Source of the DNA: Gammaproteobacteria bacterium
Lineage (GTDB): Bacteria > Pseudomonadota > Gammaproteobacteria > Eutrophobiales > Eutrophobiaceae
NCBI GenBank assembly: GCA_040905045.1
Contig: JBBDSH010000073.1
Coordinates: forward strand, 2,535 to 66,534
Reading direction: 5' to 3'
Length of the DNA stretch: 64,000 nucleotides
Numbering within the stretch: the first letter of the stretch is position 1; each line of letters begins with the position of its first letter. The notes beneath the pieces were generated by a model. The model did not search any database, was not told the DNA's origin, and saw only the letters and a program-made list of their open reading frames with translations. A program made the translations under genes and the position numbers. This document shows, one piece after another, positions 48,401 to 56,972 of this stretch.

Positions 48401-49738
48401 ATGATCAGCGCCAAAGAGAACCGCTTACTGACGGATATTCTTGGAGACAGCCCGGCGGCGGGGGTGCTGCGCAATTACTGGCAGCCGGCGGCGCTGGTGG
48501 AGGAGTTGACCGAGACCCGGCCGGTGGTGCCGGTGCGGCTGTTCGGCGAGGAACTGGCGCTGTTTCGGGATGAGCAGGGCCGTTACGGCCTGGTGGGGCG
48601 GCACTGCCCGCACCGGGGCGCGGACCTGTGCTACGGGCGGCTCGAGGACGGCGGTCTGCGTTGCGCCTTTCACGGCTGGCTGTTCGATGTGGCCGGTCGT
48701 TGCCTGGAGCAGCCGGCGGAACCCAAGGGCAGCCGCTTTCATGAGAAGTTGCGGCACCGTTCCTATCCCTGCGAGGTGCGCAGCGGTATTGTCTTTGCCT
48801 ACCTGGGCGAGGGGGAGCCACCGCCGCTGCCGGAGTTCGATTGTTTGACGGCGCCGGACAGCCATACGTTTGCATTTAAGGGCTTATGGGAATGCAACTG
48901 GCTGCAGGCGCTGGAAGTGGGCATCGATCCGGCGCACGCCTCGTTTCTGCACCGGTTTTTCGAGGATGAGGACACCAGTGAGTCCTACGGCAAGCAGTTC
49001 CGCGGCGCGGCCGCGGACACGGACATCCCGCTGACAAAAATCCTGCGCGAGTACGAACGCCCCGATATTCAGACGGAGGAGACCGATTACGGCTTTCGTC
49101 TGATCACAACGCGCGATATCGATGAGAAGACGGTGCATTACCGCATTACCAACCTGGTGTTTCCCAACGCCATCACGATTCCCATGAGCCGGGACATGAC
49201 CATCACCCAGTGGCACGTGCCCATCGATAACGAGACCTGCTACTGGTACTCCATCTTCACCAGCTTCGGCGGCCCGGTGGACAAGGCCACCATGCGTGAG
49301 CAGCGCCTGAAGGAGCACACCCTGCCGGAATACCGGCCGGTGAAGAACAAGCACAATTACTACGGTTTCGACCCGCAAGAGCAAAAAAACCAGACCTATA
49401 CGGGGATGGGCATGGACATCAACGTGCACGACCAATGGGCGGTGGAATCCCTGGGCCCCATCCAGGATCGCACCGACGAGCATCTGGGCCAGTCGGACGT
49501 GGGGATCAAGCTCTACCGTCGCCTGTTGAAAGAGGCCATGGAGGCCGGGTCGGCCACAGCATTGCCGTTTCGCCCGGACAACGGCCGGGTCCTGAACCAG
49601 CGCGGCCCGGTGGCGGTGGACGCCCTGGGCCCGCCGGAGGAGCCGGACTGCTGGAAGACCTACGACCGGGAGCGGCGCGGGGCGAGCGACTGGGCACCGG
49701 ATCCCTGGACGAGCACTGAGTCCGCGCATGGCGAGTGA
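48401..49738 (+). CDS. Rieske non-heme iron oxygenase (phthalate dioxygenase/LigX/VanA-type alpha subunit)
   Basis: CPHRG...CAFHG Rieske ligands; NW...E..IDPAHASFLH; HDQWAVESLG; AGGAG RBS. Confidence 0.93.
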   Translation: MISAKENRLLTDILGDSPAAGVLRNYWQPAALVEELTETRPVVPVRLFGEELALFRDEQGRYGLVGRHCPHRGADLCYGRLEDGGLRCAFHGWLFDVAGRCLEQPAEPKGSRFHEKLRHRSYPCEVRSGIVFAYLGEGEPPPLPEFDCLTAPDSHTFAFKGLWECNWLQALEVGIDPAHASFLHRFFEDEDTSESYGKQFRGAAADTDIPLTKILREYERPDIQTEETDYGFRLITTRDIDEKTVHYRITNLVFPNAITIPMSRDMTITQWHVPIDNETCYWYSIFTSFGGPVDKATMREQRLKEHTLPEYRPVKNKHNYYGFDPQEQKNQTYTGMGMDINVHDQWAVESLGPIQDRTDEHLGQSDVGIKLYRRLLKEAMEAGSATALPFRPDNGRVLNQRGPVAVDALGPPEEPDCWKTYDRERRGASDWAPDPWTSTESAHGE

Positions 49739-51176
49739 CAGCTTTGTAGCCCGTCACGGCCTGTGGAGCGAGGCGCAGGCAACGGCGGCCGGGGAAGTTC
49801 TGAAACAGATCCGCGAGGCGGATCTGACGACGATCCGCGTATCCTTTTGCGATCAGCACGGCGTCCTGCGCGGCAAGACCATTACGGTGCGGGCCTTTGA
49901 AGAGATCCTGTACAACGGCTGCGGGATCACGACGACGCTTTTGCTCAAGGATGTGGCGCACAAGACTGTCTACCCGGTGTGGGAAAGCGGCGGCGGCTTC
50001 GACCGTGCGGAACTGACCGGAGCGAGTGATTTTCTCATGCTGCCGGATCCGGCCACCTTCCGGGTGTTGCCGTGGGTCGAGAAGACCGGCTGGGTGCTGA
50101 GCGATTGCTACTTCCCGGACGGGACACCGGTGCCGTTTTCGACGCGGTCGCTGTACCAGTCCGCGCTGTCGCGGTTGCAGGAGCAAGGGTACGCCTTTCT
50201 GTCGGGGATGGAACTGGAATGCAATCTCTACCGCATTAACGATGCACGTCTCACCCACGCCGACTGCGGTCAGCCGGGGACACCGCCATTGGTGAGTCCG
50301 CTGGCGCACGGCTTCCAGTACCTGACCGAAACCCGTTTCGACGAACTGGAACCGATCCTGGAGATCCTGCGCCGGGACCTGCTGGCGCTGGGCCTGCCGC
50401 TGCGGACGCTGGAAGCGGAGTTCGGTCCCAGCCAGGTGGAACTGACCTTCGACCCGGAGGCGGGGCTGGCCGGCGCGGACCATGCCGTGCTGGCGCGCAG
50501 CGCCATCAAACAGATCGCGCGGCGGCACGGTTACCTGGCCACCTTCATGTGCCGGCCGGCGCTGGCGAACGCTTTCTCCAGCGGCTGGCATCTGCACCAG
50601 TCGCTGCTGGACGCGAAGACGGGGGCCAACCGGTTTGTCTCGGCGGACGGTCAGGCGCCGCTCTCGCCCGAGGGCGGCCACTATCTGGCCGGACTACTGG
50701 CGCACGCCAAAGAGGCGTGTCTGCCGGCCACGCCGACCCTCAACGGCTACAAACGCTACCGGCCGTTTACCCTGGCGCCCAACCACATCGTCTGGGGCCG
50801 GGACAACCGCGGTGCCATGCTGCGGGTGGTGGGGTTGCCCGGGTCGGCCTCGACCCATATCGAGAACCGGGTCGGGGAACCGGCCGCAAACCCGTATCTG
50901 TATTTTGCCGCCCAGGTCCTGTGCGGACTGGATGGCATCGAGAAACAGACGCCCTTGCCGGAGGCGGTGGATACGCCTTACAGCGATCGCTGGGAACGGC
51001 TGCCGCGGAACCTGTACGAGGCCATCGGGCATTTCCGGACCAGCGCCCTGTTCCGGGCAGGCTGGGGCGATGCATTCGTGGATTATTACGCCACCCTGAA
51101 AGAGTTTGAACTGAACCGCTTCCTGTCCGAGGAAGTGACGGATTGGGAACAGCGGGAATACTTCGAGAATCTTTGA
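49728..51176 (+). CDS. Glutamine synthetase-like protein (putative gamma-glutamyl ligase)
   Basis: DQHGVLRGK, GMELE, EAEFGPSQVE, SSGWHLHQS, NGYKR, DNRGAMLR and ENRVGEPAANPY; overlaps the Rieske gene. Confidence 0.92.
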   Translation: MASDSFVARHGLWSEAQATAAGEVLKQIREADLTTIRVSFCDQHGVLRGKTITVRAFEEILYNGCGITTTLLLKDVAHKTVYPVWESGGGFDRAELTGASDFLMLPDPATFRVLPWVEKTGWVLSDCYFPDGTPVPFSTRSLYQSALSRLQEQGYAFLSGMELECNLYRINDARLTHADCGQPGTPPLVSPLAHGFQYLTETRFDELEPILEILRRDLLALGLPLRTLEAEFGPSQVELTFDPEAGLAGADHAVLARSAIKQIARRHGYLATFMCRPALANAFSSGWHLHQSLLDAKTGANRFVSADGQAPLSPEGGHYLAGLLAHAKEACLPATPTLNGYKRYRPFTLAPNHIVWGRDNRGAMLRVVGLPGSASTHIENRVGEPAANPYLYFAAQVLCGLDGIEKQTPLPEAVDTPYSDRWERLPRNLYEAIGHFRTSALFRAGWGDAFVDYYATLKEFELNRFLSEEVTDWEQREYFENL

Positions 51177-51236
51177 TTCAGGAGTAAGGAGATGGAGACA
51201 AGTTCGATTAACCGGGGTCTCTGCGGGATGAGATAG

Positions 51237-51719
51237 ATGCAAACTCGATTAAGCAAAATTTTACTGGTGGCCTGCGCGGCTTTGTTCGCCACTCTCGTGG
51301 TTTTCAATAACGTAACGGATTATGACTCCAATTTTGAATTCGTACGCCATGTCCTGAGCATGGATACCACCTTCCCGGACAACAACGGCATGTGGCGCCG
51401 CATAGAATCTCCTCTGCTGCATCATTTCGCCTACGTGTTCATCATCCTCACCGAATTCGCTATTGCTCTGCTTGGCTGGATTGCCGTCTGGCGCATGTGG
51501 CGCACGCGAGCCGATGCCGTTGCATTCAGACAGGCCAAAGTTCCGGCGGTATGGTCGCTATCCATCGGTATCCTGCTCTGGTTCGGCGGATTTATCGCCG
51601 TCGGTGGAGAATGGTTCCTCATGTGGCAATCCGATACCTGGAACGCCCAGGAGGCGGCGGCCAGGTTCACGATTATTTACACAATGATATTGATCTATCT
51701 CGTTCAGGAGGATAACTGA
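51237..51719 (+). CDS. DUF2165 family membrane protein
   Basis: FNNVTDYDSNFEFVRHVLSMDT and GGEWFLMWQS.TWN. Confidence 0.88.
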   Translation: MQTRLSKILLVACAALFATLVVFNNVTDYDSNFEFVRHVLSMDTTFPDNNGMWRRIESPLLHHFAYVFIILTEFAIALLGWIAVWRMWRTRADAVAFRQAKVPAVWSLSIGILLWFGGFIAVGGEWFLMWQSDTWNAQEAAARFTIIYTMILIYLVQEDN

Positions 51720-51838
51720 CGATACTGCCGATATTCGGGCACAGGTGTATCAGCGGGAGATGTGTAGTGATGTTTTAGCGGGAGATGTTGATATGGCTAT
51801 AATAATAAAAACAAATATTATTACTGTAGTAGCGTTGA

Positions 51839-51867
51839 AGGCGGGTTTAAACACCCGCCTGTTTTTT
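51839..51867 (+). terminator. Rho-independent terminator
   Basis: aggcgggt-ttaaac-acccgcct stem followed by gtttttt. Confidence 0.8.
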
Positions 51868-51888
51868 CTATGAGGATGGATTAGCCGG

Positions 51889-53685
51889 ATGACGCACATG
51901 AATCGCACTGAAAGCGGCCACGGGATACTCTTCAGGCTGTTCGTCGTCACCTGCCTCGTTACGGGGGTAATGTTTATACAGGCATGCCGTAATGATGACT
52001 CGGCCACGATGCATGCCGATCGTATTTTCCACAACGGCGAAATCATTACCGTTGATAAGGAATTTTCCATGGCCGACTCGCTGGCCGTGAAAGACGGCCG
52101 CATCATTGCTGTCGGTGATCGGGGCTCTGTTTTCCGGCATCGCGGCGGGGACACGGATATGGTAGATCTCCACGGCAGAGTCATGATGCCGGGATTGATC
52201 GACTCCCATACCCATCCGACGGATGCTGCCCTGTTCGAATTTGATCACGCGGTTCCGGCCATGCATTCCGTGGCCGACGTGCTGGATTACGTGAAGCAGC
52301 GTTCCCGGGCTGTGCCGGAAGGTGAATGGATTTGCGTGGATCAGGTATTCATTACCCGTCTCAGGGAACGCCGTTTCCCGAGCAGGAAAGAGCTGGATAC
52401 GGTCGCGCCGGAGCACCCGGTTGTCTTCGCGACGTTTCCCAGCGCCCCGGCCGCCTCACTGAACAGCGCCGCTTTGAAAGCACTGAATATCGGGGCGGGA
52501 AATCATGAAGATTTTGAAGTCGATTCCGGGACGGGGAAGCTCACCGGTATTGTCCATAATCACACGGAATATATCCCTGCCACGGCGTGTTCAAACGGGA
52601 CGGGACCGGACGAGGCCGATATTGAACAGCGCCTGGGCAAACTGTTTCATGATTACAACTCCGTGGGCCTGACGACCATCGCCGATCGCAACGCCGACCG
52701 ATCCGAGGTGGAACGTTACCGGCGCATGCTGGAGAAAGATGCGCTTTCGGTTCGCATGGCGATATCCCACGGTATCGATACCGGCAAACAGCGTTCCGTG
52801 GATGAAATTGTCGCGGATATACGCGACATCGCCGCGCATCCGTTGCGGCGGGGCGATCCCATGCTGCGGATTATCGGCGTCAAGGGACTGGTGGACGGCG
52901 GCATGCTGACCGGAACCGCCTACATGAAGGAGCCCTGGGGCAAAAGTGAGCTCTATGCCATCGATGATCCGGAATACCGCGGTTTCTACCGGTTGCCGCC
53001 GGAACGATTACTGCCGATTGTCAGGGCGACTATTGAAGAAGGCATGCAGTTTGTCGGTCATGCTGTCGGCGACGGCGCCGTGAATACCCTTGTGGAGACC
53101 TACGCAAGCGTGGCCGAGGACATGCCCATCGCCGCCACGCGGCCGTGTATCGCCCATTGCAACTTCATGACGGTAAAAGCGCTTGAGCGCATGGCCCGAC
53201 TGGACATCGTGGCCGACTTTCAGCCCGCCTGGCTGTATCTGGATGCGCCGACACTGATTGATCACTTTGACTATAAGCGGCTGGAATATTTTCAGCCTCT
53301 GAAAACAGTGTTCAACAAGGGGATTATCGCGGGCGGCGGCTCCGATCACTGGCAAAAAATCGGATCCCTGCGTTCCACCAATCCCTACAACCCGTTCCTG
53401 GGCATGTGGATCGCCATTACGCGGAATGCAAGGGATTACCCGGAACAAGTCCACCCCGAACAGGCACTGAACCGGGAACAGGCAATTCGGCTGTATACCG
53501 CGAATAACGCCCATCTGCTTTTCCTGGAGGAGGAGACCGGTTCACTGGAGCCGGGCAAGGCCGCCGACATGATCGTTCTCGATCGGGACATACTGAGTTG
53601 CGAAATTGAGGATCTTAAGGATACCCGGGTCCTGAGAACCTATCTGAACGGTGAGCTTGTCTATTCCAGCGGTACCGGACTCTGA
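51889..53685 (+). CDS. Amidohydrolase 3 family protein (YtcJ/NfdA-like), possibly a lipoprotein
   Basis: NGEIIT, PGLIDSHTH, VK..VDG, HAVGD, IAHC, GSD, YTANNA and GSLEPGKAAD; leader ending FIQA-C. Confidence 0.9.
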   Translation: MTHMNRTESGHGILFRLFVVTCLVTGVMFIQACRNDDSATMHADRIFHNGEIITVDKEFSMADSLAVKDGRIIAVGDRGSVFRHRGGDTDMVDLHGRVMMPGLIDSHTHPTDAALFEFDHAVPAMHSVADVLDYVKQRSRAVPEGEWICVDQVFITRLRERRFPSRKELDTVAPEHPVVFATFPSAPAASLNSAALKALNIGAGNHEDFEVDSGTGKLTGIVHNHTEYIPATACSNGTGPDEADIEQRLGKLFHDYNSVGLTTIADRNADRSEVERYRRMLEKDALSVRMAISHGIDTGKQRSVDEIVADIRDIAAHPLRRGDPMLRIIGVKGLVDGGMLTGTAYMKEPWGKSELYAIDDPEYRGFYRLPPERLLPIVRATIEEGMQFVGHAVGDGAVNTLVETYASVAEDMPIAATRPCIAHCNFMTVKALERMARLDIVADFQPAWLYLDAPTLIDHFDYKRLEYFQPLKTVFNKGIIAGGGSDHWQKIGSLRSTNPYNPFLGMWIAITRNARDYPEQVHPEQALNREQAIRLYTANNAHLLFLEEETGSLEPGKAADMIVLDRDILSCEIEDLKDTRVLRTYLNGELVYSSGTGL

Positions 53686-53713
53686 ACATCAATCTCACAG
53701 GAACATTAAAGAC

Positions 53714-55183
53714 ATGCAGTTACGGCGAAACTTTCTGAAGCAAACACTGGCAACCATCGGCGCTGGACTGTTCGGTGTCGTCAAGCCGGGTCTGGCGGCG
53801 GCCAGTGGTTATATCAATCAACTGCCCGGACTGAAGGAACGCCTGCAGGGACTGGTGGTCCGGCGTGGTGATCCGGATTACGGTTTATGGCGGCAGTCCA
53901 TGCTCTGGAAGACGTCTCTTCCGAATCGTTATCCGGATGTCATCGTTCAGCCACGTTCCGAGGAAGAAGTCATTCAGGCAATACGTTTTGCGGCAGACAA
54001 TGATCTCAAGGTGGCGTGTCGCTGCAGTGGCCATAACACGGCCGGTGCCGCGATGCGGGACGGAGGGTTGCTGATGGATCTGTCATTGTTCAGGGAAACG
54101 AGGATCGACGCGGCTAACGGGTCCGCCTCCATTCAGCCGGCTGTGACCGCTCATGAACTCATGGGACACTGTCTTGAGCAGAAGCTGGCGTTTCCCGTCG
54201 CCACCTGTCCCGGTGTTGCCATGGGCGGTTATCTCCTCGGCGGGGGCATGGGCTGGAACAAGGCCGCCTGGGGTGACGTGGCCTGCTATTCCGTAAAAAG
54301 CGCGGATATCATTCTGGCCGACGGACGTAAAATAACCGCGAATCAACAGCATCATACGGACCTGTTCTGGGCGGTGCGCGGCGCCGGACCGGGTTTCTTT
54401 GGTCTTGTCACCCGTTATGAATTGTCCCTGTATGACGCACCGGGGGCCATACTTAGCAACACGTATTTCTGTTCCCTGGACAATCTCGAAAATGTACTCG
54501 GGATACTGGAAGAGCGCCAGGCCGACAAGGATGAACGGGTCTCCCTCATGTTGATGTTGATGCGCAATCCGCGCGGCGAATCCGACGATAGCAGTGCAGC
54601 GAGCAAGGTTTGCATGATCGCCATGAGTGCCTTTGCCCGTGATTCGCAGGAAGCCTCCGCGTTACTGGCTCCCTATACCGGCAGCAAACTGGCGGAGTTG
54701 AGTCTTTTCAGTTACGAGGAACAACCCAACTCGTTCGAGAAACTGTTCAATGCGGGCGGTGACGGCTCCGTGCGGACGCGCGGCGCGGCCGATAATATCT
54801 GGACGAACAGCATGGATGCCCTGCTCGACATGGCAGATCTTTACCGGACGGTGCCATCATCCCGTTCCAGGGTATTGTTTTCCTATGGCACGGAACCGGA
54901 ATTGCGTGACGATGCCTGTTTTTCCCGTATCGGCGGGAGTTACCTGGCCAATTATCTGGTATGGGATCAACCCGCCGATGATGAAGCCAATTACCGCTGG
55001 CTCGACGAGGCCAGTCAAAGATTGCGGAAATACGCCGTCGGGCATTACATCAATGAACTGGAAACACAACGCTACCCGGAAAAGATCGACATGGCTTTTT
55101 CGGATGACGCAATGAATAAGTTGGCTGCATTGCGGCGCCAGTACGACCCGGACGGGCGTTTCCATGACTATCTGGGCCGTTAA
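53714..55183 (+). CDS. Tat-exported FAD-linked oxidase (BBE/VAO family, probably bicovalent FAD)
   Basis: LRRNFLK Tat motif; RCSGHN (His), TCPGVAMGG (Cys), DLFWAVRGAG, YINE and YDPDGRF. Confidence 0.9.
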   Translation: MQLRRNFLKQTLATIGAGLFGVVKPGLAAASGYINQLPGLKERLQGLVVRRGDPDYGLWRQSMLWKTSLPNRYPDVIVQPRSEEEVIQAIRFAADNDLKVACRCSGHNTAGAAMRDGGLLMDLSLFRETRIDAANGSASIQPAVTAHELMGHCLEQKLAFPVATCPGVAMGGYLLGGGMGWNKAAWGDVACYSVKSADIILADGRKITANQQHHTDLFWAVRGAGPGFFGLVTRYELSLYDAPGAILSNTYFCSLDNLENVLGILEERQADKDERVSLMLMLMRNPRGESDDSSAASKVCMIAMSAFARDSQEASALLAPYTGSKLAELSLFSYEEQPNSFEKLFNAGGDGSVRTRGAADNIWTNSMDALLDMADLYRTVPSSRSRVLFSYGTEPELRDDACFSRIGGSYLANYLVWDQPADDEANYRWLDEASQRLRKYAVGHYINELETQRYPEKIDMAFSDDAMNKLAALRRQYDPDGRFHDYLGR

Positions 55184-55189
55184 AGTATG

Positions 55190-55595
55190 TGTTGCGGCTC
55201 CAAGTTCACTCCCGAGACATAACGCGGACACGCTGTAAATACTTTCCCCGGATCAAGTCCTGACTCTTCTACACATTTAATGAAGTCCGGGAAGGAGGTA
55301 ACGATTTATCCGGTTGAACTGAAATGAACTTTGGATACCGGCTCCCGGCTCTTCGGCCGGGACCGGACTCGCACGCGACGCTTGACCGGCATGACGGCAA
55401 CCCGAGGCCGTCATGCCGGAGGCGCGCCGTCCAGCGCCATCCGGTATCCATTCATTTGTGTAGAAGAGACAGCGATCAAGCCTGCCCCGGCAGGTTGTTA
55501 GCCGGGGTTCGGGGCAGGCTCTGTAGCTCGAATGCGGCGTCCATGCCGCATACGGTCCGCTCATATGTCTCGGGAGTGAACTTGGAGCCGCAACA
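55190..55595. repeat. Palindromic element, family A, copy 3, with multiple nested inserts
   Basis: Perfect 32-bp arms at 55190-55221 and 55564-55595; family A core split by hairpin units, a ctcttctacac/gtgtagaagag-bounded segment and a REP-like doublet at 55332-55450. Confidence 0.92.
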
Positions 55596-55627
55596 GCTGT
55601 ATCACTGACAGGCCGCGTGGCGCATCG

Positions 55628-56665
55628 TCACTGACCATGCAGGACCTGCTGGATACGCAGCATTTCAACATGGCCGTTGATGATCTCCCGCAAGCCGCCA
55701 TAGCGGCCGTACTTGTCTTTCATCTTCTCGTATACCTTATCGGCCAGCGCCGCCATGAAATTCCTGTAACTTTCGTAAGGATGAAAGCCGGGACCGTAGA
55801 ATTCCCCTTTATCGACCGTTTTTGAAGCAGTGCGGATTGCATTTGCAAGGTCATCGTAATAGTCCAGGCTCAGGCGGATATCCGAACGGTTACCGACATT
55901 GCCGTGGCCCGCGTCGAGGAAATCCCAATCCAGGGAGCGCATCAGTTCCAGGTTGTCCCGGAATGCTTTCGGATCCATGGCCCAGTTGAAGCTGAAATAG
56001 GGCAACTGCCCCGGGGTAATCAGGTCCACCGCCTGGATAACGCGTTCTTCCGGCAAATAATACAGCGAGGTATCGGGGCGATGGGCATAGGCTTCGGGAG
56101 TATGAATCCGTATATCCAGGCCTTGCAGGGACAGGCGATCCTCGGGCACGGAGGCCACGAGCGTCGGGGCGGGAACATCCAGTGAAAAGCGGCCAATTTC
56201 CTCGATCACCTTGCTCGTTGCCACGATCTCCAGGTCCCGGCCCCGGTCCCGGGCATGCCGGGCAATCGTCTTCGCTCCGCCGATATGGTCCAGGTGACTG
56301 TGGGAGTAAATCAAGGTGGTGACCGGCCATTCCGTCACGGAGGCGATGGCGTCCAGAATAGCCCTGCTGCGACCGTCCCCGGGGCTGTCGAACAGGACAA
56401 CGCCGTTTTCGCCGACATGAAACAGGATCGAGTAGCCGCGCACCGAGACCCAGTAGGTCTTTTCCGTCAGGCGCTGGATGACGTAATCCTGCTGATAGGT
56501 GAGGCGGTTCAGATCGGCCACTCGTTCTCCGGGCTGCAGCATGCGTTCCGCGGACGGGTCTGGCGGTGGATCCGATGCCCGGGCGGCCGAGCACAGCAGC
56601 AGTAGCACCAGTGATAATGCCAGTGGAAGGGGACGGTGTGGTCGCAGGGATGTGGTCAACGTCAC
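55628..56665 (-). CDS. Exported metallo-beta-lactamase-fold hydrolase
   Basis: Signal peptide; VLFDSP, YSHSHLDHIGG, AHRPD, AVDL and AGHG. Confidence 0.88.
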   Translation of the reverse strand: MTLTTSLRPHRPLPLALSLVLLLLCSAARASDPPPDPSAERMLQPGERVADLNRLTYQQDYVIQRLTEKTYWVSVRGYSILFHVGENGVVLFDSPGDGRSRAILDAIASVTEWPVTTLIYSHSHLDHIGGAKTIARHARDRGRDLEIVATSKVIEEIGRFSLDVPAPTLVASVPEDRLSLQGLDIRIHTPEAYAHRPDTSLYYLPEERVIQAVDLITPGQLPYFSFNWAMDPKAFRDNLELMRSLDWDFLDAGHGNVGNRSDIRLSLDYYDDLANAIRTASKTVDKGEFYGPGFHPYESYRNFMAALADKVYEKMKDKYGRYGGLREIINGHVEMLRIQQVLHGQ

Positions 56666-56802
56666 TTTTTTCTACTCTCTTGATTTGCGGGGTGTTCGAA
56701 ATCGCCGATCCATTCATTCATGGCTTGCGATCCTGATGTAACCGGATTATCGCATATGAACTGCAGGTGGTTGCCAGCGCGGTTTTGCAGTGCACAATAT
56801 CA

Positions 56803-56847
56803 TTGACATATCGGAAAAATTTATTATGATCACTAATTATGATCACA
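56803..56847 (+). promoter_or_regulatory. Sigma70 promoter with operator pair upstream of the second TBDR operon
   Basis: TTGACA (56803) - 16 bp - TATGAT; boxes tatgatcact (56825) and tatgatcaca (56838). Confidence 0.75.
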
Positions 56848-56972
56848 TATTTGGATTTCATTTTGAAACCAAATTTTCCCAGAGTGATCATGCGGTGGTT
56901 TCCGATGGCTGCAGGTACGGTGTGCGGTAATGCGAAATCGGGGGATATTGTGCTTGCTATGAGGAGAAACAA

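Noticed and set aside
9320-50681. Long antisense ORFs (e.g. 9320-10561, 16644-17672, 21553-22848, 27128-28126, 49506-50681)
   Set aside because: Shadows of well-supported genes in GC-rich DNA with no recognisable motifs.
43977-56847. Operator boxes as Fur, CRP or FNR sites
   Set aside because: Spacing and sequence do not fit GATAATGATAATCATTATC, TGTGA-N6-TCACA or TTGAT-N4-ATCAA.
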